Virus record (IMG/VR): IMGVR_UViG_3300027881_000536
Location: 1 to 64,000 of that record
Length of the DNA stretch: 64,000 bases
Source of the DNA: a virus
Reading direction: 5' to 3' (one strand)
Shown here: positions 37,742 to 45,240 of the stretch, piece by piece
Position numbering within the stretch: position 1 is the first letter of the stretch
Layout of the letters: every line of letters begins with the position of its first letter
Program-made: the position numbers and the translations under genes
The notes under the pieces: model-generated
The model's input: the letters and a program-made list of their open reading frames with translations, nothing else
Told to the model about the DNA's origin: nothing
Databases searched by the model: none

Positions 37742-39130
37742 ATGCTGATGATGGAAGCACCGCTAGACAGCCCTATTCTCATCAAAGGTAGGACTGGAGA
37801 CCTAGTTGTTGCCGGCTATGCTTCAGTTGAAATGGTCGATAAACAAGGGGACCTGATAACTAAGGGCGCACTACGAGAAGCATTCAAGAAATTCATGGGT
37901 TCTCCAGGCTTTAGGAATGTGCAACTGGCTCATTCAAATATCCAAGTTGGTTCTGTCATTCCTGAGTATTCGGATAGTAGTGGGCGTGTCTGGAAGTCTG
38001 AAGTAGACGATACTGGTATGTTCGTAGTTATCCAACTCCGTGATGATATCGAAAAGGCTCGTGAGGTAGCCGCAGAAATCCGAAAGGGTAACCTCAAATC
38101 ATTTTCAATAGGTGGGCAGGCTTTCGAGCGTGTCAACAAGAGTAACTCCGAGAGAGGAGATTACCGAGAAATACGCAGGATGGAACTGCATGAAGTTACC
38201 ATCTGCGAGAAGGGCATCAATCCAGAGGCCCAATTCCGAATCCTGAAAGAGGATAAAATTGAAATAAATAAAGGTGAAAATATGACAGATGCAATGACAG
38301 AACTACAGGATGTCTTGGAAAGGTTATCCAAGAGGCTAGACGATGTTGACGAGGCTGAGTCTGCCCTGAAGGGCAAAGACGATGCTGAGAAAGGCAAAGA
38401 CGATGCTGAAAAGGAAGACAAAGAAAAGGCTGATGTAGCAAAGGACAATGAAGACAAAGAATCTTCTGAGAAGTCTGAGAAAACGGAAAAGATGGACGAT
38501 GTGATTACCACAGAGTATCTTGACTGGCTAGAATCGACTGTGAAGTCTGCTGGGTATGACCCATCGGCTGCTCGCGGTCACTTTGATAACACAGAGGGAG
38601 TCGAAAAGGCTTACCTCCAAGAGGGTGCTCATGGTTACGACCATCGTGGACAGGGTAGTATCGAAGGCGCTGGTGAGGATGACTCCGGTAAGCGACCCAA
38701 GATGAATATGGGTGCAGGACCGAGTGGTAACAAAACCGTCATCAAGACAGATGAGTTCATCCATCCGGAAATGGTTTCCTCTGCACAAGTAGAGGAAGCA
38801 TATCAGGTCTACAAGGCCGCTGCTCTTGAGCAGCAGTTCAAGTCTGACCTAGGCAACAACTTCTCAATAAGATTACAAAAAGAAATACAGAATAGTCAGA
38901 ATGAGACCGAGAGGTCATCATTCGATGCGCGTGGGCCTCTACAAGACCTACAGAAAGCAGTTCTCGCTCTAAGCGGTAGGATTGAGGATGTTTCCACCAC
39001 ACCTGGTGAAGATTTCCAGAAATCTGCAGATGCTTCGAGAGTAACTATTCCTGAGACAACCGAGATGGCTGCCTTGTCGTGGGACGATGTCCACCGACTA
39101 GCACACTCGGCTCTAAGGGGTGATAACTGA
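37742..39130 (+). CDS. Prohead protease (HK97-type) fused to scaffold-like C-terminal region
   Basis: VVAGYASVEMVDKQGD, catalytic-type QLAH and KSFSIGG, ELHEVTICEKGINPEA; acidic coiled-coil C-half. Confidence 0.92.
   Translation: MLMMEAPLDSPILIKGRTGDLVVAGYASVEMVDKQGDLITKGALREAFKKFMGSPGFRNVQLAHSNIQVGSVIPEYSDSSGRVWKSEVDDTGMFVVIQLRDDIEKAREVAAEIRKGNLKSFSIGGQAFERVNKSNSERGDYREIRRMELHEVTICEKGINPEAQFRILKEDKIEINKGENMTDAMTELQDVLERLSKRLDDVDEAESALKGKDDAEKGKDDAEKEDKEKADVAKDNEDKESSEKSEKTEKMDDVITTEYLDWLESTVKSAGYDPSAARGHFDNTEGVEKAYLQEGAHGYDHRGQGSIEGAGEDDSGKRPKMNMGAGPSGNKTVIKTDEFIHPEMVSSAQVEEAYQVYKAAALEQQFKSDLGNNFSIRLQKEIQNSQNETERSSFDARGPLQDLQKAVLALSGRIEDVSTTPGEDFQKSADASRVTIPETTEMAALSWDDVHRLAHSALRGDN
38372..38413 (+). 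repeat. 21-bp coding tandem repeat x2 (GKDDAEK)
   Basis: GGCAAAGACGATGCTGAGAAA / GGCAAAGACGATGCTGAAAAG. Confidence 0.85.
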
Positions 39131-40275
39131 TGGCGCGTAATTATGTAAGGACAATACAGGACATGGAGCGATACTACTACGGTGGTACCGCATTGACCGG
39201 GTACACCTACAGCAGTGGAGATATACTCAAGGCGGATGCACCGCTTCTGAGCACCACGGCTGGTACCTACCAGGCAATCTATGGCAGGAAGGTTTGGTCG
39301 CAGTTGAATCAAGAGTTCAACGCGTTCAGCATCCTACCAAAGAAGCCGTGGGAGCGAAGTGGATGGCGCATCATAACTGCCAAGCCTTCGTTCGATGTTG
39401 GTGGAGGTCTGGCTGAGAACGCCACACTGCCCGACACCACGAAGCCTGACTTCCTGCATGTGGCTGCAAAGCCCAAGACCATTGGCCACTCGTTCGACCT
39501 GAGCGAAGTGTCCATGTTCCTTTCCGATAAGGATGATGGTCTCGGAGATGTGCGCCAAGTGCTCAAGGAAGAGATGGGGAAGCACCACGCTGACCACATC
39601 AACAGGATGCTATTGGTAGATGTCGAGACCCCAGCGGGTAACGACTTCGAGTCACTGGACCGACTAACCTCGGACCCAGACTCGATGACAACTGGTACAG
39701 GCCATGTGAGTGCTACTACAGACCACGACCTATACTCTATCACACGCGATGGGAGTTCCGACTTCCACAGTGCTGAGGTAGATGTGTCGGCTGCGGCTAA
39801 CACTAACAGGAACCTAAGCCTGAATCAACTGGACGGATTGTTCCAGCAGATTTGGGTTCGAGGTGGTAACCCCAAGGTCATGCTGACTGGGTACGATACC
39901 CTGATGCGTGTGCAACAACTACTGCAGAGCCAGCAGAGATTCATGGAATCGAAGAGGGTCACCCCCACCTACAACGGTGTGAAGGGTGTGCCTGGTATCG
40001 AGGCCGGATTCATTGTGGCTACCTACAACGGCGTGCCGCTGATTCCGTCCAAGGATGTAGTAACTGACACGAGTGGAATCTCGAGGATTTACTACTTTGA
40101 TACGGACTACTTGTGGTTCCAGACTGCTATACCGACCCAATATTTCGAGTCGGGTATCGAAACCGGCGACCCGTTCGCCATCAACAGACTAGGCCAAGAG
40201 GGGCTCTACCGAACCATGGGTGAGGTATGGGACTCTTTCTTCGGCGCAGGAGGTTCTATCCGTGACCTTAAGTGA
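39130..40275 (+). CDS. Major capsid protein (HK97 fold)
   Basis: Directly after protease; 381 aa; VWSQLNQEFNAFSILPKKPW, VATYNGVPLIPSKD, IYYFDTDYL; C-ending codon bias of a highly expressed gene. Confidence 0.92.
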   Translation: MARNYVRTIQDMERYYYGGTALTGYTYSSGDILKADAPLLSTTAGTYQAIYGRKVWSQLNQEFNAFSILPKKPWERSGWRIITAKPSFDVGGGLAENATLPDTTKPDFLHVAAKPKTIGHSFDLSEVSMFLSDKDDGLGDVRQVLKEEMGKHHADHINRMLLVDVETPAGNDFESLDRLTSDPDSMTTGTGHVSATTDHDLYSITRDGSSDFHSAEVDVSAAANTNRNLSLNQLDGLFQQIWVRGGNPKVMLTGYDTLMRVQQLLQSQQRFMESKRVTPTYNGVKGVPGIEAGFIVATYNGVPLIPSKDVVTDTSGISRIYYFDTDYLWFQTAIPTQYFESGIETGDPFAINRLGQEGLYRTMGEVWDSFFGAGGSIRDLK

Positions 40276-40294
40276 GGTTTATGGAGAGATAACA

Positions 40295-40301
40295 GAGGTG
40301 A
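40295..40301 (+). promoter_or_regulatory. Archaeal-type Shine-Dalgarno (representative of many)
   Basis: GAGGTGA 6 nt before ATG 40308; same at 40724-40730, 47204-47210 and GGAGGTGA at 44115-44122. Confidence 0.8.
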
Positions 40302-40307
40302 TATGAT

Positions 40308-40721
40308 ATGGCAGTAACATTTACGAGAAGCACAGGAAGCGGCGGAGTAATGACCGTCGACTTGGAACTAGACCTATATGCAGGGGCTTTGGGCTCCGAT
40401 ACAAGGTGGCTGGACGGCGCAGCAGGGGCAGCAGACGCATACCCCGGTAGTCTGACAGGCTTTACAGCAGCAAACGATGATACAACAAATACGGCAGGAC
40501 GAGGACTGAAACTAGTTGTGGGTACTTGCACTTTGGTGCAGGACAACAACGCCTTCACAGTTGGTGGAGATGGTGACACAGTTCACGCAATAGTGGTTGG
40601 CGGCTCAGGAGTCGCAGCGACATCTTGCTCAGTAGACGCAGGGCTTGGAACAGGGATAATCACCTTCGCTTGCGAAGGAACCCTTTCTGGAAGCACCGGG
40701 TTTATGGCGATAGTATCTTGA
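40308..40721 (+). CDS. Probable capsid decoration/minor head protein
   Basis: 137 aa Gly/Ala/Thr-rich beta-type protein right after MCP, strong SD. Confidence 0.65.
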   Translation: MAVTFTRSTGSGGVMTVDLELDLYAGALGSDTRWLDGAAGAADAYPGSLTGFTAANDDTTNTAGRGLKLVVGTCTLVQDNNAFTVGGDGDTVHAIVVGGSGVAATSCSVDAGLGTGIITFACEGTLSGSTGFMAIVS

Positions 40722-40736
40722 TTGAGGTGACCCAGC

Positions 40737-41075
40737 ATGCCAACACTACTTTGGAGAGGCCCTAAGCGGGCTGTCCGTACTAAGTACGGGTACTATGACA
40801 GGCACACACCAGTGGCTGTTACCCAAGTATGGTTGGATGAGCGACGCGGAGCATTTTCAGGTGACCATTGGCAAATTGAAGATGACTACCCCGGCGTTCT
40901 CTTTGCAGAGAATACTGATGACGGCCTACCAGACAACGACTGGTTGAAGGCTGACATCAAAATCTGGCTAGAGAACAATGGGGTGGAAGTCTCGTCTATT
41001 CGGACAACGAAGGCGACAATGTTGACAATGGTAACTGAAGTCTTGGCGGACGGGGTTACTACCGAGGAGGAATAA
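40737..41075 (+). CDS. Small protein with C-terminal HeH/LEM-like helical motif
   Basis: WLKADIKIWLENNGVEVSSIRTTKATMLTMV. Confidence 0.65.
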   Translation: MPTLLWRGPKRAVRTKYGYYDRHTPVAVTQVWLDERRGAFSGDHWQIEDDYPGVLFAENTDDGLPDNDWLKADIKIWLENNGVEVSSIRTTKATMLTMVTEVLADGVTTEEE

Positions 41076-41077
41076 TT

Positions 41078-41344
41078 ATGGCATTTAGTTTTACAATAGA
41101 CCAAAGACCCAGTACAATGGGAAACCTACTAATGGTATTCGGCACATTTACCAACACTAGCAGCACTACGGGGGGCGACATTGATTTGTCATCCCTCTTG
41201 AATGAGATAGTTTCAGCAGGTGCTAACGGCGACGGTGCGGGTGCTACTGACACAGAGATTGACGGGACTGCTGCGGCAACCCTGACTCTTGTGGTAGCAG
41301 GCGGCCTCGACGGAAAGTGGTGGGCAATGGGACGCCGTGGCTGA
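41078..41344 (+). CDS. Small beta-rich virion protein (cement/decoration-like)
   Basis: MGNLLMVFGTFT...GGDIDLSSLL; position in head-completion cluster. Confidence 0.65.
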   Translation: MAFSFTIDQRPSTMGNLLMVFGTFTNTSSTTGGDIDLSSLLNEIVSAGANGDGAGATDTEIDGTAAATLTLVVAGGLDGKWWAMGRRG

Positions 41345-41360
41345 TTGGGGGTAAGACCCC

Positions 41361-41534
41361 ATGACAGATACTAAGATATACGAGTTCAAGCCTTCCGAGG
41401 CAATAGAACTTGGCGCTTCTGTGGCCGGTGGCATACAGAAGGTCTTGGATGACTACACAAACGGTAAGACAGTAGAAGGGATTACCAGTTATTTAATGCT
41501 GGGAAACCTATATGTCGTGGTTGTCACCGCTTAA
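41361..41534 (+). CDS. 57-aa hypothetical protein (below track cutoff)
   Basis: Translated by hand: MTDTKIYEFKPSEAIELGASVAGGIQKVLDDYTNGKTVEGITSYLMLGNLYVVVVTA; fills the gap, GGGGGT SD. Confidence 0.7.
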   Translation: MTDTKIYEFKPSEAIELGASVAGGIQKVLDDYTNGKTVEGITSYLMLGNLYVVVVTA

Positions 41535-41544
41535 GGTGACGACT

Positions 41545-41817
41545 ATGGATGCTGAAGACCTTCGACGCTTGTCCAAACAAGGGTGGAACTACGCAACCGG
41601 CGAGAGCGTTCGTACAGAAGCAGGGTCTGACGAGCGCCTCGCTGGCCAAATTGGTGAGCAAAATCTGCGCTCACGAAACATACGAGATGTCATAGACATC
41701 GGCAGTGGTACCCGCTGTAAGCACTGCGGCATGCTCCATTTCTGTTACTTGGAGCGCTGCGGTGCTTGCAGCAAGCCAATGGAGTATAATCTAGGAAAGG
41801 TGGATGTGAAGGTATGA
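41545..41817 (+). CDS. Small zinc-ribbon protein
   Basis: CKHC...CGAC; ATG 41545 after AAGGTGA preferred over 41512. Confidence 0.75.
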   Translation: MDAEDLRRLSKQGWNYATGESVRTEAGSDERLAGQIGEQNLRSRNIRDVIDIGSGTRCKHCGMLHFCYLERCGACSKPMEYNLGKVDVKV

Positions 41818-42521
41818 AATGTGATGTCCATTGGTGCAATGCTCTGAGTACCGGAAATTCCAGGTGGTGTGCAGTACACCAAGATGAGTATGAGCAGCAA
41901 GGTCCTGATTTGCAAAGGGCAGAAGGCCCATACCCACTGGATATATCTTTCGCAATATTGAAGCAAGGGTGGGGTGCAGCCATAACAGGGGGCTTGAGTC
42001 CGCTATATGATAAGGCGAAGCAATTCGGTGAGCGAATGGATAATGCAGCAATGGGAATGGTTCCGTCAAGCCAAGTAAGAGAAGGTGACCCGACTTATAC
42101 TGGTGGTACCAAGCAAGGTTGGGGTGATTCCATAATGGAAGTAGGGAATGAAATTCAGGATACTGCTCGAGAGGCTTTTGTGGACCCAGTGCAACAAGCG
42201 ATTGGGGAACCGGGTAACCCACTTGCTGAAGAGGGTATGGTAGATGCTGGTACAGGTTTACGAGGGAAACTAGGAAGATTCAGAGAGAAGGTAGGGCATA
42301 AGTTACTTGGTGAGAAGGACACGAGTAGAAAAACTGGAATACTCAAACCGTTGTGGTCTGCGAATGTAGTTACAGACGACAAGACTAAACAGAAGTACAA
42401 GCAATCCCCATATGCCCCTCGATTTGCGCGTAGAGAACAACTTACTGTTGCTGAGCAAAACAATCCAGGGTCAGTAGACCCGCAGAAAATCAGAGATTAT
42501 GAAAAGACGAGGATGATATGA
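41814..42521 (+). CDS. Hypothetical protein with N-terminal Cys/His finger and tag variant
   Basis: CDVHWC...WCAVH; PLDISFAILK. Confidence 0.7.
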   Translation: MKCDVHWCNALSTGNSRWCAVHQDEYEQQGPDLQRAEGPYPLDISFAILKQGWGAAITGGLSPLYDKAKQFGERMDNAAMGMVPSSQVREGDPTYTGGTKQGWGDSIMEVGNEIQDTAREAFVDPVQQAIGEPGNPLAEEGMVDAGTGLRGKLGRFREKVGHKLLGEKDTSRKTGILKPLWSANVVTDDKTKQKYKQSPYAPRFARREQLTVAEQNNPGSVDPQKIRDYEKTRMI

Positions 42522-42522
42522 T

Positions 42523-44136
42523 ATGCCAATAGTATTCCAGACAGGTGAACGCGAGCCTAGACCTCTGTTCCCTAATGACCTAGTTTATTCCAGTGCTCAG
42601 AAGGTAGCAGACATTCTACAGATTCCACTCCCTGACCCAGTATATCTCACAGCGGATTCTAACACCAGCGCTACTTCTGCCAAGATAGTCCCTGCTGACC
42701 AACGCATAGTTGGGTTTGAGGTTGGAGATAGTGTAGAGATAGCGAGTGATGTTGAGATGGGAGAGACTGTAGTCCTAACTAGTGTTGCTCGAGACGGTAC
42801 TGATGTGGTACTATCATGGAGTGGTGGAGTCACAGGGGACTACGATACTGCTGACAATGCTACTATTCAGAATCTACAGTCATTCACTAACGGTAAGCGG
42901 AGGGGGGTAACCCGTTCTGCCGTAGAGACTATGATTCTACGCATGCAAGACAAGATAGATAACCTCTGTAACAATTCATGGAGGCCAATGCTGCAAACAG
43001 CAGAGTATCTCAATTTCGACACATACAAACCCTACAGGAGAAGGTACTATACTGACTATGTAGGTACAGTTCCACTCATGTTCCGCAATGTCCAACAGAT
43101 ACTGAGACTGGAAATATGGCAGGGACAGGAGTACAGAGAAGTAGGTTCTGCAGAGGCTCGACTCAAGATACTCGATAATTCCCTACTTACCACTGACGAC
43201 TATGTGTTTCTTTGTCCTGGGAGTGGTGGAGTAGCCTCTTTACGGGTTGGTAGTACATCCAGTACATGGAGTAATGCATTCGATGTAACTACTACTGCAC
43301 AGGAACTCTCAGACCTCATTAACAAGGACCTAAGGAAGGGTAAATCGGGTGCAGCATTCTCACCTTCATTCACACTCCAGACAGCCAATACTGCTACTGG
43401 GGTAGAGACAGCCAATGTCCATCATGAGTTCATGACTTCTGCTAACGCTGATTATGGCACAGGGCAAATCAAACTGACCAGTATGCATCGTGGTGAAGGT
43501 GGAGAGAACTCTACTGTGGCTATTACTAATCACACTGGTATGAGCATCACTGGTCTGACAGACACCGTCCTCACAGTGACTGGTGTATCAGGTAGTTCTG
43601 GTAGTGCTACAATCACACTAGCCGATACTTCTGCCTTGGTGCCCTATGGTATTATCTGCATTGGTACGGGCACTGCTGTCAAATGCGCCTATTATACAGC
43701 AAAGACTGCCACTACACTCACAGGAGTGACTGACTTGGCTAGCAGTGGCCTTGTTGCGGCACTGTCGAATGGGACTGATATCACACAGTATGCACTCAAG
43801 ATAGACTATTTCGGTAGCACCACAGGAGATGAGGCTAGGCTTCGTGACTGGTGGTGTGACTATGACCTAGGTATCATCTACTTCAACAACACTTACCCCT
43901 ACTTCCAATGGAACTCAGTGAAGGCTACCTATGTCTATGGTGAGCGATATGTTGAAAAAGCAATAGAGGATATTTGTACCAAGATGGTAGCCATGGACCT
44001 GCTCTTGTCTGATGACCGTAGCGTCCTAATGCCTGAAGGGACTCAGAACATAGACTTAGGTTCCAAGTACCAGTTGTTCAAGCAACAGGTTGCTGAGACA
44101 CTACCTCGTTACATGGAGGTGATTAACATTGACTGA
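42523..44136 (+). CDS. Head-tail connector/adaptor with large beta-rich insertions
   Basis: YSSAQKVADIL, ETMILRMQDKIDNLCNNSW, KATYVYGERYVEKAIEDICTKMVAMDLL connector-like segments interrupted by Thr/Ser/Gly-rich domains. Confidence 0.7.
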   Translation: MPIVFQTGEREPRPLFPNDLVYSSAQKVADILQIPLPDPVYLTADSNTSATSAKIVPADQRIVGFEVGDSVEIASDVEMGETVVLTSVARDGTDVVLSWSGGVTGDYDTADNATIQNLQSFTNGKRRGVTRSAVETMILRMQDKIDNLCNNSWRPMLQTAEYLNFDTYKPYRRRYYTDYVGTVPLMFRNVQQILRLEIWQGQEYREVGSAEARLKILDNSLLTTDDYVFLCPGSGGVASLRVGSTSSTWSNAFDVTTTAQELSDLINKDLRKGKSGAAFSPSFTLQTANTATGVETANVHHEFMTSANADYGTGQIKLTSMHRGEGGENSTVAITNHTGMSITGLTDTVLTVTGVSGSSGSATITLADTSALVPYGIICIGTGTAVKCAYYTAKTATTLTGVTDLASSGLVAALSNGTDITQYALKIDYFGSTTGDEARLRDWWCDYDLGIIYFNNTYPYFQWNSVKATYVYGERYVEKAIEDICTKMVAMDLLLSDDRSVLMPEGTQNIDLGSKYQLFKQQVAETLPRYMEVINID

Positions 44137-44398
44137 TGACATATTCAAGAAAGCAAAGGAGGGTCTTAAACCAACAATACAGAATGTTAGAAAGCAATCT
44201 ATCTGGTCACCTGAAGGGAGAATGTTTCTAGATGCTGCTGCTAGTGCTGCAGGATACAAGGCTGATGACGCCGGTAATCTCATAGATGAGAGCGGGCGTG
44301 CCCTACCCAAGGAGCACGCGGATTACCAGTGGGTTAAGAGTATGGCAGAGCGTCAAGCAGCAGTGGAAAGTCCAATCGGTAGGGAGTTGTTAGAATGA
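44129..44398 (+). CDS. Small neck-region hypothetical protein
   Basis: TTG start with perfect GGAGGTGA SD. Confidence 0.7.
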   Translation: MTDDIFKKAKEGLKPTIQNVRKQSIWSPEGRMFLDAAASAAGYKADDAGNLIDESGRALPKEHADYQWVKSMAERQAAVESPIGRELLE

Positions 44399-44790
44399 GT
44401 GCGTTTGACTTGACTTGGATTAATCTCAAGAAAGCATGGTATGACAACGAGGATTTTCGTGGAGACCCAGATGATGAGGAGGCTCATAGGCGGGGAGAAG
44501 AAGAGGACCATCAAAATTGGCTGAATGACCCTAAGAATCAGGACGATAGTCCTAACGAGAGGGTAGATGCCCCCACCTTGGATTCTAATCACATCTTGAG
44601 GTTGACTAGACCACAACTGGATAAACTTATGGAGGACATTCAAAGTGAGATTCAGCGTAGAGAGACTAAAAAAGCCAACAAGAATGTGGCTGTTGTCAGT
44701 AACAGCCCAAGAGACCTGAGTAGCGACCCTTCCTCACCAGCAGGTAAAGATTGGATAAAGAACAACTCTTGGGCATTTGATGGTGGTTGA
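44395..44790 (+). CDS. Acidic tagged protein, partial paralog of 4535..4969
   Basis: MSAFDLTWINLK; ILRLTRPQLDKLMEDIQSEIQRR. Confidence 0.7.
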   Translation: MSAFDLTWINLKKAWYDNEDFRGDPDDEEAHRRGEEEDHQNWLNDPKNQDDSPNERVDAPTLDSNHILRLTRPQLDKLMEDIQSEIQRRETKKANKNVAVVSNSPRDLSSDPSSPAGKDWIKNNSWAFDGG

Positions 44791-44791
44791 T

Positions 44792-45229
44792 ATGGCTGAA
44801 TCCATAGAACTTTTGGTATCATTATTCGACACGAGTTGGAATCGTGCTAACAGTGGTCAGAGAAAGCCAGTGATAATGGACATCACCACACTAGACCCTG
44901 GTAGAGGTAAGAGGTTCGACCTTAACCGCAGTGATGCCGTTTTTATGTATGAGACTGCTCATAACGAGGAGCAACCTGAGATATTCTATGACTATGTCAA
45001 CACTCGAATCAATGTAACCATCGACATACGAACTACACGAGGTAGAAGTCATTTGATGAATATGGAAGATGAAGTGAGAAGAATCATTCATAGTAAGAGA
45101 AAAGGGGACGCTGGTAACTACGACCGACTACTCTATAAGACGAGGACTGACTTGTCAGATAGGACCAAGCATCTACATAGAATGACCTTTCAGGTCGAAA
45201 TCGTAATATTCAGTGAACTAGTCGCATAG
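44792..45229 (+). CDS. Probable tail terminator/tail completion protein
   Basis: ~145 aa just before the major tail gene; INVTIDIRT, MEDEVRRII, RMTFQVEI. Confidence 0.65.
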   Translation: MAESIELLVSLFDTSWNRANSGQRKPVIMDITTLDPGRGKRFDLNRSDAVFMYETAHNEEQPEIFYDYVNTRINVTIDIRTTRGRSHLMNMEDEVRRIIHSKRKGDAGNYDRLLYKTRTDLSDRTKHLHRMTFQVEIVIFSELVA

Positions 45230-45240
45230 GGTGAGAGGAC

